Assembly: GCA_937935255.1 (NCBI GenBank)
Contig: CALGXT010000076.1
Location: forward strand, 1,658-65,657
Direction: 5' to 3'
DNA from: an uncultured bacterium
Lineage (GTDB): Bacteria > Verrucomicrobiota > Kiritimatiellia > PWTM01
DNA length: 64,000 bases
Numbering within the stretch: the stretch's first letter is position 1; each line of letters opens with the position of its first letter. The translations under genes were made by a program, and so were the position numbers. Positions 46,784-56,354 of the stretch are shown here, one piece after another. The notes under the pieces were generated by a model that saw nothing but the letters and a program-made list of their open reading frames with translations, was not told the DNA's origin and searched no databases.

Positions 46784-47647
46784 TCAAAGGGCGCGCCGCC
46801 AGGCGTTCCAGTGTGCGCGTACGCTGATCGCAGGATACAGCAAATCCAGCAAAACGCAGTCCCAGGCGCGCCGCCGAGCATCGGTCCGAACGAGTCTCCC
46901 CGTAGCGACGGTCAGGTCGCCCACCGCCGCGCGCAGCCGGCGAATCGTCCGGCGGTCGTCGGTCCAATTGCCGAAATACTTCCAACGCCAATAGGTGGTC
47001 AAGACGGAGGCGATCGTGTCGCGCCGCAAATGCCAGCAGACCGCCTGGGGCAGATAGCGCGTTTTTCCGCCGGCATCCCGGATTTTACGGGTGACAGAAA
47101 CGTCGTCGCCCGCCGCGCGGTTTCGCTCATCGTAGCCTCCCACGCGCCGCAACCACGCGAGCCGATGCGCGTGATTCGCCCCGAACAATACCGGCGGGTC
47201 GTCCCGCGGGCGGTCGCCGTAATTTTGCCGCAAATGCGCCGCGCGCCAGCGATCCGGCAACGCCGCCGTATGCTTTTCGCGGAGATTTCCGCAGACTCCC
47301 GCCAGTGCGGCGTCCCGCGTCATTTCCGCCATCAGCGTCGCCAGCCAATCCGACTCGGCCTGAACGTCCGCATCCAACGCGGCCAAAAAATCCGTCCGGC
47401 AAGCGGAGATGGCCGTGTTGCGCGCGGCGGCCAATCCCCGGTTGGACGGGTGCCGGATGACGCGCAAGGAGAGACGGAGCGACGACGCGACCTCCGCCGC
47501 GAGCTCCGCCGATCCGTCCGTGCTGCCGTCATCCACCCAAAGGCATTCTTCCGCGGGCCAGGTCTGCCGAGCGATCCCCCGGATCACGTCCGGGATATAC
47601 CGCCGGCCGTTGTAGCACGGCACATAGAGCGTGACGCCCGCCGTCAT
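46784..47647 (-). CDS. GT2 glycosyltransferase
   Basis: VPCYN; VDDGSTDGS; NRGLAAARN; LDAD; VGGYDE. Confidence 0.92.
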   Translation of the reverse strand: MTAGVTLYVPCYNGRRYIPDVIRGIARQTWPAEECLWVDDGSTDGSAELAAEVASSLRLSLRVIRHPSNRGLAAARNTAISACRTDFLAALDADVQAESDWLATLMAEMTRDAALAGVCGNLREKHTAALPDRWRAAHLRQNYGDRPRDDPPVLFGANHAHRLAWLRRVGGYDERNRAAGDDVSVTRKIRDAGGKTRYLPQAVCWHLRRDTIASVLTTYWRWKYFGNWTDDRRTIRRLRAAVGDLTVATGRLVRTDARRRAWDCVLLDLLYPAISVRAHWNAWRRAL

Positions 47648-48450
47648 GGAGACCCCGAAAGCCGCGCCGCCGGCCGCAAAGCGAACTCGCGGCGCAGCGC
47701 GGGCGTGATGGGCCGGCGTTTGAGCAGATGCCGAAGCCAACGTCGCCAGTTCGAATCGGGCTCTCGATGCTGCGTCGCGAAAAAGTTCCGGCGATTGAAC
47801 GTGTAGATGGCGCCATAGAAAGGCAGCGCCGAGAGCGGAACGCCTCGTCGGCTCATATCGTCGCGAATATACGCATGGGTGACGTATCGCCGAACGTAAT
47901 AATCCGACAGGTCCAGGGTGTCGTCGAGCCGATTCGGGAACGGCGCGACGGCCGCGCGGAGAATGTAACTCGACCCGCATTCGTGATAAAAGCGGCGTCG
48001 CCAATACAGCGCGGGCCGGGGATACTCATCCAGGCGATAGCCGCGATCGAAATACCAACCGTTCGCCCCGGCGTTCCGGTTCGTCCATTGCGCCAACCGA
48101 TTGCTGACCAGATCATCCGCGTCCAAAAACATGACGTAAGCGTCCGACAGCTCCCGCGCCGCCGCCAAACCGTGCAACAACTTGCGGCCTTTATCGGTAT
48201 GCAACAGCCAAATCCTGCGGTCGGGCGCGCATTGCGGGGGCAATTTCGGCGGCGGAAACGAAACCGGCACGAACTCGGCATTCTCGGGCCATCGGATTCC
48301 CTCGGGGCGCCGATGGCCGACCACCACCGCGCGGCAGGCCGCCCCCGTTTGAGCGCAGGCGGATTCCAGCGTGCGCTCGAGCAAGACGCATACGCCCGGC
48401 CAGTCGTCGGTCGTGGACTCGTCGCGCAGGGGAATGACGAAGTTCAGCAT
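47644..48450 (-). CDS. GT-A fold (GT2-like) glycosyltransferase
   Basis: FVIPL; LERTLES; DKGRK; YVMFLDADD; CGSSYI. Confidence 0.7.
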   Translation of the reverse strand: MLNFVIPLRDESTTDDWPGVCVLLERTLESACAQTGAACRAVVVGHRRPEGIRWPENAEFVPVSFPPPKLPPQCAPDRRIWLLHTDKGRKLLHGLAAARELSDAYVMFLDADDLVSNRLAQWTNRNAGANGWYFDRGYRLDEYPRPALYWRRRFYHECGSSYILRAAVAPFPNRLDDTLDLSDYYVRRYVTHAYIRDDMSRRGVPLSALPFYGAIYTFNRRNFFATQHREPDSNWRRWLRHLLKRRPITPALRREFALRPAARLSGSP

Positions 48451-49436
48451 GGCCGCTCGGCTTCGGAGGACGGCGGCGCGCGATTCGGCGGCCGCCCGGC
48501 GCGCGCGCGCCGGTAAAGACGGAACGCCAGAACGAGGGCGCGCAATTCGCCGATGAATTTCACGGGAATCCACCACGGATGCCGGAGATGAAAACGGGTG
48601 CGCACCTCGCGGAAAGGCCGGCGCGCCAGGTAGCTCGCACGGTCCCAGCCCCGCCCCCGGCGCAGCGCGTAATAATAATCCCCCACCCCATGCAGCGGCG
48701 AAGCGGAGGTCAAATGCGATCCGATGCTCCGCGTGCCGCCGGACACGGCGCGCAAGTGGCGGATTTCGGCGGACGGCTCGAACCGTATCCGCCCCCCCGC
48801 GGCGATCAGGCGTTTGGCGAACTCCGTCTCAAAGCGATACGCCACCGGCGGAAGGAAGTTCTCGTCGAAACCGCCGATCGCGAGCGCGCGATCCCGGCGA
48901 ACCGACAAGTTGCCCGCCATGACGTTTTCGACCCATGCCGGTTCGATGCCGTTGAAGCGGAATTCCAAGTCGCGGCGCAACGGCGAGGACGGACGGTCGC
49001 CGCGGCGGCGCCCGATTTTCCCGCCAACGCCGCCCGGCTCAGGGGTGTCGTCGTCTTCGGGCTGCAACACCCGACCGACCGCCGCCCACGCCTCCGGAAA
49101 TGCTCGATAGACGGCCCGATGGGCCGCCGGCAGATTCGGCGAAGGAAGGATGTCGTCGTCCAGAAAAAGCACGATCTCGCCGCGGGCCTCCGCCAATCCG
49201 CGATTCATCGCGCCGACAACACCCGGCGGCCGATGGCGAATCCAGCGGAGGCGTCCGGCGCGGTGTTCCTCCCTCAGCACGCGTTCTGTGCTCTCCGCGT
49301 GCCTGTCGGTCTGATCCACCACCAGCAGCTCGCCGGGCGCCGGAACGGCATCCAGCAATCGCCGGAGGGTTTCCACGAGCACGGCTTCCCGCCCGTAGGT
49401 GGGCACCACGACCGATACATTCTCGATGCGCGTCAT
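48444..49436 (-). CDS. GT2 glycosyltransferase
   Basis: SVVVPTYGR; LFLDDD; GNLSVRR; GGFDENF. Confidence 0.92.
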   Translation of the reverse strand: MTRIENVSVVVPTYGREAVLVETLRRLLDAVPAPGELLVVDQTDRHAESTERVLREEHRAGRLRWIRHRPPGVVGAMNRGLAEARGEIVLFLDDDILPSPNLPAAHRAVYRAFPEAWAAVGRVLQPEDDDTPEPGGVGGKIGRRRGDRPSSPLRRDLEFRFNGIEPAWVENVMAGNLSVRRDRALAIGGFDENFLPPVAYRFETEFAKRLIAAGGRIRFEPSAEIRHLRAVSGGTRSIGSHLTSASPLHGVGDYYYALRRGRGWDRASYLARRPFREVRTRFHLRHPWWIPVKFIGELRALVLAFRLYRRARAGRPPNRAPPSSEAERPC

Positions 49437-49535
49437 CGCGGTTTCACCGCCCCGCCCTCCGCGAATCGTTCATTCCGACCGAATCCGCGGCGGCATTCCT
49501 CAAAGTCTCCGGGGATTTCAACACGAATTCCGCGC

Positions 49536-50234
49536 TCACCACAACCGCAGAGTCTCGATGCGCCATAAGCCCAACCGCTGATCGCGGCTATGCTCCCGCG
49601 GGCACCGCTCATCAATCAACCGCAGGGGCGGCGGGAAGTTGAAGGGCGGCGCTTCCAGATTCAAGGGCCGCCAGGCGCCGGTGGGATTATCCTCATTGGC
49701 CGTTCGATCCACATACGTCGTGGTCAGCAAGAAGGTCGCGCCGGAATCGCGAATGACCTTGAGCGCGCGGCGGATGTTGCGAAAGGAAAAGTGAATCAGA
49801 CAATCCCGGCAGAGGAGCAGATCGGTTTTCGGCAGGGGACCGCGGAGGAGGTCGAGACAAAGAAATTGCCGTCCGGGGCGGCCATATTTCCGCTGATTTT
49901 CGCGCACCAGGTCCTCCACGATATCGGCGCCGATATACTCCACATCCAAATTCACCCGGCTCATCCAATGGAAATCGCCGCACGGAATGTCAAGCAGGGA
50001 TCGGACGCCGAGATCCTCGATCAATCCGGGCAGACACTCCCGTAACGCCGCGGTCCGAGCCAGACTGGAGCCGGGGCCGGAGACGCTCTCCGGATCCCCC
50101 CAGCGGTTATGGCGATAAATGTCCGAGAAGACCCGCGCCGGGGAACGACGATCCTGAAGGGCGTATTTCAATGCCCGCCACCATGCCACGGCGGCGGGAA
50201 AGTTTTTTTTGATGCGCGCCCTGGCGGAGATCAT
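49536..50234 (-). CDS. Class I SAM-dependent methyltransferase
   Basis: ESVSGPGS; LLDIPCGDFHWM; YIGADIV; DLLLCRDCLIH; start 50234 (or 50243). Confidence 0.85.
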   Translation of the reverse strand: MISARARIKKNFPAAVAWWRALKYALQDRRSPARVFSDIYRHNRWGDPESVSGPGSSLARTAALRECLPGLIEDLGVRSLLDIPCGDFHWMSRVNLDVEYIGADIVEDLVRENQRKYGRPGRQFLCLDLLRGPLPKTDLLLCRDCLIHFSFRNIRRALKVIRDSGATFLLTTTYVDRTANEDNPTGAWRPLNLEAPPFNFPPPLRLIDERCPREHSRDQRLGLWRIETLRLW

Positions 50235-50235
50235 T

Positions 50236-51438
50236 TCATGCATCCTCCGACACCGTGCGTTCGCGCCCTGCCGCCAGATCGCGGAGCCGCTCCGCGATGC
50301 GCGGCCACGCGAATTCGCGGCGCGCCCGTTCCTGCGCCGCGCTTCCCATGGCCGCCAGCCGCTCGCGGGAGGCGCAGACTTCGCGAATGGATTGCGCCAG
50401 CTCCGCCGCGTCGCCCGGCGCCGACAGCCGTCCCGCGGAGGTGTTTCCCACCAGGTAGGGCAAGCCTCCGACGCGCGAGCCGATCAACGGCAGGCCGCAC
50501 AACAAACCTTCGATCCCCGCGACCGAGAGCGGCTCGGAGAGCGAAGGGACGCAGAGGACGTCCGACGCCAGATACAGCGTTCCCAATTCCGCGCGCGGCA
50601 CAAAACCCAGAAAACGCGCGTTCGACGCCAATCCCAGCTCCCGCGCCATGCGTTCATAACGCGCCTGCTCATTGCCGCCCCCGGCCAAGGTCAAGCGGCA
50701 TCGAAACGCGCCCGCCGATTCGGCCGTTGGGGAACACAAGGCCGCCAAGGCCCGCAGCAGCGCCTCGACGCCTTTGATCGGCTGAAGACTTCCGACGAAC
50801 AGGAGCCGGGCTATCCCCTCCGGCAGATAGGTCTCCGCCGCGCGCCGCGGCATCCCGGAAAGTCCGATTTCCGCCGGTTCGACGCCGTGCGGCACGACCC
50901 ACACCTTCCGCGCGCCGGCCGAGCGCGCCAGCTCCGCCATGTGGGGCGAAATCGCCTGCACCGCATCCGCGCGCCGATAGGCCGGACCGTTGACGCGGCG
51001 GTAGAACCACGTCAACTCCCGCGCGTAGGAGCCCGGCGGGCGATCGCGAATATCGCCGTGCGCGGTCAGTACGATCCGAAATCCGTGACGCCGCCGCAAC
51101 GGCGCCGCCGCCAGCGGCACGGAAGCGTGACCGTGGCACCAAACCGTCGAGATCGCGGCGCGGCGGCAGAGCGCTTCCAGCCCGCGCCGAGCGCACGCCT
51201 CGAACGCCAGGGCGTTGGGCACATGGCAGAACCGCCGCAAAAAATTCCAGCGCCGGGGCCGCAACGTGTGCGCGCAAAGATTCGGGTTGTCGGTTGCCGG
51301 CAGCGCAGCGGAGAACACGTGCACCTCGAACCAGCGGCTCAACTCCGCGGCGTGTCGCCAGGCCACCGCCCCCACGCTGCCGTGGCGGCAATTGGGCGCG
51401 AGGATCGCGATGCGGCGTCGTTGTTTGCCGGTCTTCAT
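50236..51438 (-). CDS. GT4 glycosyltransferase
   Basis: TAHGD; FVGSLQPIKG; PSLSEPLSVAGIEG. Confidence 0.9.
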   Translation of the reverse strand: MKTGKQRRRIAILAPNCRHGSVGAVAWRHAAELSRWFEVHVFSAALPATDNPNLCAHTLRPRRWNFLRRFCHVPNALAFEACARRGLEALCRRAAISTVWCHGHASVPLAAAPLRRRHGFRIVLTAHGDIRDRPPGSYARELTWFYRRVNGPAYRRADAVQAISPHMAELARSAGARKVWVVPHGVEPAEIGLSGMPRRAAETYLPEGIARLLFVGSLQPIKGVEALLRALAALCSPTAESAGAFRCRLTLAGGGNEQARYERMARELGLASNARFLGFVPRAELGTLYLASDVLCVPSLSEPLSVAGIEGLLCGLPLIGSRVGGLPYLVGNTSAGRLSAPGDAAELAQSIREVCASRERLAAMGSAAQERARREFAWPRIAERLRDLAAGRERTVSEDA

Positions 51439-52400
51439 GACGAACCGCCGCGCCCGCGGCGCTCGGCGGCCGCCGTTTGCGCCCAACGGAGCGCGGCGCG
51501 CAGCGACCAGGGCCGCGCGCGCAACGCGCGCGCGAAATAGGAACGGGCCATCCCGGGATGCCGCGCGCGCAGACAACCGCCGATGAAATAGCAGCCCTCG
51601 AAATCATCGCCGGCGCCGTCGGCTCGGGAACGGCGTATTTCGGCGCTCAACGCCTCGGCTTTTCGCAAAATCGCCGTCTCGCCGCGCCCCGCCGCTCGCG
51701 CGGCCCGGGCCTGGCGAATCAGCGCCCGAAAGGCTTCCTGCCGCGCCCGGTGGCGGCCGGAGATGGATCGCGGAGAGACGCGGAATACATAGAGGAGGTC
51801 GGGGAGCGACGCCAGGGGCCCCCGCTCCGCCAGGCGCCCGACGAGATCCAAATCTTGCGCGAAGTAAAAGGCCGTCCGATACCCTCCGACCGCTCGATAC
51901 GCATCCGCGCGGAACAGCAGCGCGCCGTGCGCGCAAGGGGTTTTGCCGCCCTCCAGAATGTCGCGCCGCATTTGCGTTTCATCCGCGGGCGGGCGCGCCT
52001 CGAAGAGGTCATACCCTTCCGGGCTCCGCCACACCGCGCCGCACGCGACCAGTACGGGCGCATCGGATTTGCGCGCCCGCTCCCATTGCGCTTTCAGCCG
52101 GCCCGGCAAGGAGATGTCGTCCGCATCCTGCCGCGCGATCCAAGGCGCGCGGGCCATCGAGCAACCCTCGGCCAGGGCTCGCGTCAGCCCCGCATGGGCT
52201 TGGCGCAAAACCCTCAGGCGCGCGTCCCTGCCCGCCCAGTCGTCGAGGATTTTTCCGGAGGCGTCCGTGGAGCCGTCATCTACGGCGATGAATTCCAGCG
52301 GAACCCCCTCCTGCGACAGAATGCTCTCGATCGCCGACGACAAGGTTTCGGCGGCGTTGAAAACCCCCATGACGACCGAGACTTGAGGACCGCCGCTCAT
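51435..52400 (-). CDS. GT2 glycosyltransferase
   Basis: VSVVMGVFN; VDDGSTD; IARQDADD; AQDLDL. Confidence 0.92.
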   Translation of the reverse strand: MSGGPQVSVVMGVFNAAETLSSAIESILSQEGVPLEFIAVDDGSTDASGKILDDWAGRDARLRVLRQAHAGLTRALAEGCSMARAPWIARQDADDISLPGRLKAQWERARKSDAPVLVACGAVWRSPEGYDLFEARPPADETQMRRDILEGGKTPCAHGALLFRADAYRAVGGYRTAFYFAQDLDLVGRLAERGPLASLPDLLYVFRVSPRSISGRHRARQEAFRALIRQARAARAAGRGETAILRKAEALSAEIRRSRADGAGDDFEGCYFIGGCLRARHPGMARSYFARALRARPWSLRAALRWAQTAAAERRGRGGSS

Positions 52401-53497
52401 GGGACCCTCGAATCCTGCGCCTGCCACAGCGCGCGCGCGTCCTCGATCCAGGAGGGCGACAAACCGCTTTTCGAGCGCCGTCGGAACGGCGCGCGTTCGA
52501 GCAGCAGACACAGTCGGCCGGCCGCGCGCCATCCGACGGCGCGCGCCAGTCTCCGAACCATCCGCCCCCCGCGGGTTTCACCGCCGGCCTTCGCCGAAAG
52601 GCCGAGCAGAGCGTCGGCGGCCGCGGACAACCCCATCGCTCCGACGCGCCGCGCGAGGGCGAACGCCCATCGCGCGAAATGCCGCATTTCCGGCGCGTCG
52701 CACGGAACTCCGGCGCGCCGCGCGCAATCGAGCAGCCGCGGCAGGAATTCGGCCTCTTGCGGCAGATAGCTCTCCACTGCGGCGCCCGTGATGCGGTGTC
52801 CTTCGTGATAGCGTTGGCAGGACAACGTCTCCGGAACAAAGACCAGCCGCGCGCCCAACGCGCCCGCCCGCGCATCATAGTCCCAATCCTCCGGCCGCGA
52901 AGCCCGCCAGGGGCCGATGCGGTCGCAAAGCTCCCGGCGATAGAGCGGCGTGTGGGTGTGCCACCAGCGATCCACCAGCAGCGCCGGGAAAAGCCGCTCG
53001 AAGGAACGACCGGTCCATTTGCTCGGTTCCCGAAGCTTCGCCCCGTCCGCGCCGATCAGCCGGGACTGACCGTACGCAATATCGCATTCCGGGTGGGAAA
53101 TCAGAGCGGCGACCTGCGCCTCGAACTTGCGCGGCAACAAAAGATCGTCGCTGTCGAGGTATTGGATGAATTCACCGCGCGCCAGCCGCCGGCCCGTCTC
53201 GCGGGCAAGCCCCGGACCGCCGTTTTCCCGCCGAACGGCGCGGACGATCTCCGGCTGCGCATGCTCCCATTCGCGAAGACGGTCCCACGTGTCGTCCGTG
53301 GAACCGTCATCCACCAAGATGATTTCGATGGGCCGATAGGTTTGCGCGAGGACGCTGCGCACCGCGTCGCCCGCCATCCATCCGCGGTTGAAGACCGGAA
53401 TGACGGTTGAAACCAATCCCGGCACGATGGACGCCGGCGCGAACGGCAGCGCTTCCGTCCGGCCTTCAGCCCCCGCCGAATATTGCGCGGTTTCCAT
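52397..53497 (-). CDS. GT2 glycosyltransferase
   Basis: STVIPVFNR; VDDGSTDDT; QYLDSDD; EDWDY. Confidence 0.92.
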   Translation of the reverse strand: METAQYSAGAEGRTEALPFAPASIVPGLVSTVIPVFNRGWMAGDAVRSVLAQTYRPIEIILVDDGSTDDTWDRLREWEHAQPEIVRAVRRENGGPGLARETGRRLARGEFIQYLDSDDLLLPRKFEAQVAALISHPECDIAYGQSRLIGADGAKLREPSKWTGRSFERLFPALLVDRWWHTHTPLYRRELCDRIGPWRASRPEDWDYDARAGALGARLVFVPETLSCQRYHEGHRITGAAVESYLPQEAEFLPRLLDCARRAGVPCDAPEMRHFARWAFALARRVGAMGLSAAADALLGLSAKAGGETRGGRMVRRLARAVGWRAAGRLCLLLERAPFRRRSKSGLSPSWIEDARALWQAQDSRVP

Positions 53498-53500
53498 CGG

Positions 53501-54700
53501 CTACTCCGGAATCAGCCCGGCCCAGGCCGCCCATTCGCGGGTCGCCCGCATTCCCTGGTCCAAATCATAGGCCGGCTCAAATCCCAGCCGGCGGCGCGCT
53601 TTTTCGATCGAAACGCGCGCCGGCGACGCCATGAGCTCCAACTGTATCGGACGCGGAAGCCGCAGGGGGCGCCCCGGAGCGGACGGGGCGGCGCCGCCGC
53701 GTTTCATCCACCGATCCTTGGCCCGCTCCCAACGGGCGCGGGGAAGGAGGGCGCGCGCGAGCGCATACGCCTGCGCAAGCGCCGGCAAGGCCAGGATCGT
53801 CTGACGCAGGTCGCCGTCGGACCGAAGCCGGTGGATCAGCCGCCGAAACGGACGGGCGGATTTCGCCTGCGCGTTCAGCTGGGCGCGGACGCTCGCCGTG
53901 TCCATCGCGAGCAGGGACGACACGCCGAGCATCCGCTCATACGCGCCATAGAAATCCAGCCAGGTCGGCGGTTGTTCACCGGAAATCAGAAACGCCTCGC
54001 CCTCCACCGCCTCGGCAACCGCCGCGCGAAAGATGGCTTGAATCACATCGTCCAAATAGACGGCATTGCAGATTCCCTGTCCCCGCGCCGGCAGAACCAC
54101 AATCCCTTCGCGCAGCTGGCGGAGCGGGCCCACGGTCCATCCGGCGAAGGGCCCATACACCACGGTGGGCTGGAGGATCACCGCCGGCAACCCGTCTTCG
54201 CGCGCGAGCCGCAGCAGTTCCCGTTCGCCGGCCTGCTTGCCGGCGCCATATGGATCCGCGCCGGGACGGCGCGGCGCGCTTTCATCCAGCGTCAACGCCC
54301 GCACGGGGCCGTACACGGAAATCGTGCTCAGATGCACCAGCCGGCGCGCCCGGCGGCGGCGGACGGCGGCGGCGATCGAGTCGGCCATTTCGCGAGCCGC
54401 GCGGACGCGCTCCGCACGGTTTCCCTCCGCCGGATACGTCAAGTCCACGACGATATCGCCTTCCGAGATCGCCCGATCCAGGATTCCGGCGTCCCGAACA
54501 TCGCCGGAGACGATCCGGATCGGGAAGCGGGCCGCACGCGCCGCCTTCGAGAGCGTCCGAACCACGGCGACCGTCTCGACGCCCAATTCGCCGGCGAGCG
54601 CTTCGACGACACGGCCGCCGATCACGCCGCCCGCGCCCAGCGCCACGATCCGGGAACCGCGCAGCGCTTCGGCAACGGCGGACATCGCGAGCGCTCTCAT
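53501..54700 (-). CDS. NAD-dependent epimerase/dehydratase (extended SDR)
   Basis: LGAGGVIG; HLSTISVYG; YGAGK; LQPTVVYGP. Confidence 0.88.
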   Translation of the reverse strand: MRALAMSAVAEALRGSRIVALGAGGVIGGRVVEALAGELGVETVAVVRTLSKAARAARFPIRIVSGDVRDAGILDRAISEGDIVVDLTYPAEGNRAERVRAAREMADSIAAAVRRRRARRLVHLSTISVYGPVRALTLDESAPRRPGADPYGAGKQAGERELLRLAREDGLPAVILQPTVVYGPFAGWTVGPLRQLREGIVVLPARGQGICNAVYLDDVIQAIFRAAVAEAVEGEAFLISGEQPPTWLDFYGAYERMLGVSSLLAMDTASVRAQLNAQAKSARPFRRLIHRLRSDGDLRQTILALPALAQAYALARALLPRARWERAKDRWMKRGGAAPSAPGRPLRLPRPIQLELMASPARVSIEKARRRLGFEPAYDLDQGMRATREWAAWAGLIPE

Positions 54701-55719
54701 GCACCGGCTCCGATCAGCGGACGCTCCCATACCCCGGCGACGGTTCGCCGGCGGGCATAGGCCTCTTCGATCAGGCGAATGGTTTCCCGCGCCTCCTCGG
54801 CGGCGGCGATTTCCGCGGGTTGGCGGCGGATGGCCTTCAACCAATTCTCCGCTTGTTCTTCGAAAAGGGTCACCCAATCCGGCGCCGAGTCCATCGCTCC
54901 TTCGACCGTTCCGGCGAGTCCGGTCTTCGACCGCGAGGGGGTCAATGTTGCCCGATGGTTGAGGGGTTCAACGTCCAACGTGGCGCGGGAACCGCGCAGC
55001 ACGCACCGATTGCGGAGATCGCGCAGACGGCTCAGGCGGATCGTCCCTTCCGCGCCGCACAGCGATCGCACGCGCATCTCGCCGTCGGCCTCGACGCCGC
55101 CCGCGGCGTCATCCGCATATTCCACGAGCGTCAAATCGCCCAGCCAGCAACGCAGCATATCCAACACATGGGCGCCGGTATCCATGAACACACCGCCTCC
55201 GGCCGTCTCCCGGCGAAAAAAGAAATCCGAGGCCGCCGGCCAACGGTAAACACCGCCCTCCTCCACTTCAAACGCGGCAATATCGCCGAGCAGACCGGCG
55301 GACAGCCAATCGCGCACCGCGCGCACTGCAGGCAAATAGCGGCGCACCTGGGCGACCGCGAGGACGCGTCCGTTTTCGCGGGCCGCGGCGATCAGCGCGT
55401 CGCAATCGGCGACCGTGTTGGCGAGGGGTTTTTCCATTAGAACATGTTTGCCCGCGCGAAGCGCGGCGATTCCAATCGTGGCATGCAGATGATGCGGGAG
55501 CGCCAACACGACCGCGTCAACGCCATCCAGCATTTCTTGAAAATCGGCGACCGCGCGCGGCACGCCGAATTGCGCCGCCAAAATCCGCGCGCGCTCCAAC
55601 GCCGGATCGGCGAGGGCCGCCACCCGCGCGCCGGCGACCCGCCGCAAGGCCGGCAGATGGTACCGGGCGGTCACGGCGCCGCATCCGACCACCCCGATTT
55701 GAATTGAGTCCACGGTCAT
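54697..55719 (-). CDS. Gfo/Idh/MocA-family oxidoreductase
   Basis: IGVVGCG; GKHVLMEKP; GGGVFMDTGAHVLD. Confidence 0.92.
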   Translation of the reverse strand: MTVDSIQIGVVGCGAVTARYHLPALRRVAGARVAALADPALERARILAAQFGVPRAVADFQEMLDGVDAVVLALPHHLHATIGIAALRAGKHVLMEKPLANTVADCDALIAAARENGRVLAVAQVRRYLPAVRAVRDWLSAGLLGDIAAFEVEEGGVYRWPAASDFFFRRETAGGGVFMDTGAHVLDMLRCWLGDLTLVEYADDAAGGVEADGEMRVRSLCGAEGTIRLSRLRDLRNRCVLRGSRATLDVEPLNHRATLTPSRSKTGLAGTVEGAMDSAPDWVTLFEEQAENWLKAIRRQPAEIAAAEEARETIRLIEEAYARRRTVAGVWERPLIGAGA

Positions 55720-55846
55720 ACCACTGCGATTCCGGGGGCTGTTCCATCCGGCGCGGAAAACCCACCGCGAGCTTCCCCCTGTTGGTTGGACAGGCGGCGG
55801 GGTGATATAAGCAAAGATTCCATGCGCCATCAATCGTCCATATTAG

Positions 55847-56212
55847 CCTCCCTACGGCGGCCGGCGCTGGTACGACGCGGCCTCGCTCGCATGGCTGACC
55901 CCCGACCCCATCGGCGAGCGCGGCGTCAACCTCACCGCCTTCTGCGACGGGAACCCGGTGAACATCGTGGATCCGCCGGGGCTGGCGACGATGGATTTCG
56001 TTTTGGACTACGATCCGGAAAACGGATCAAATGTTGGCGGTTTTGCGCCGCTGTCCTTGGTGAAAAGCCCAAATGGATTTGTCGAGCGGGACGGATGTTC
56101 CCGATTGGCGGCGCTGGAGGCCGGCCACGGCGCGGGAGTCGGCTCACCGGCGTCGTGTGAAATCCGGCGATGTCGGCGGCGCACGCCTGACAGTCTTGTC
56201 GGAAGCCCGTAG
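55847..56212 (+). pseudogene. Orphan, decayed RHS repeat-associated core fragment
   Basis: Frame after TAG 55844-46 reads YGGRRWYDAASLAWLTPDPIGERGVNLTAFCDGNPVNIVDPPGL, matching the RHS core end; no start codon upstream of the motif. Confidence 0.8.
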
Positions 56213-56279
56213 CATGTGGGTAAAGCTTTGTAGCGTCATCCGCCGATGCGGCGTAGGAAGCCGGAGGCCTTCCGACAAG
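56195..56279. mobile_element. Possible 85-bp MITE-like element or long hairpin
   Basis: Perfect 11-bp inverted repeats CTTGTCGGAAG (56195-205) and CTTCCGACAAG (56269-79). Confidence 0.35.
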
Positions 56280-56354
56280 CGAGGTGAGCGGCGAGAGGTA
56301 TGCGCAAACCGTCGCGATCGGGACGGCGTCACATCAAATTCTCCGTCCCTGTCC

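Noticed and set aside
55850..56340. tRNA or tmRNA as an island boundary
   Set aside because: No cloverleaf or tmRNA ends seen; the region is better explained by the RHS remnant and inverted repeat.
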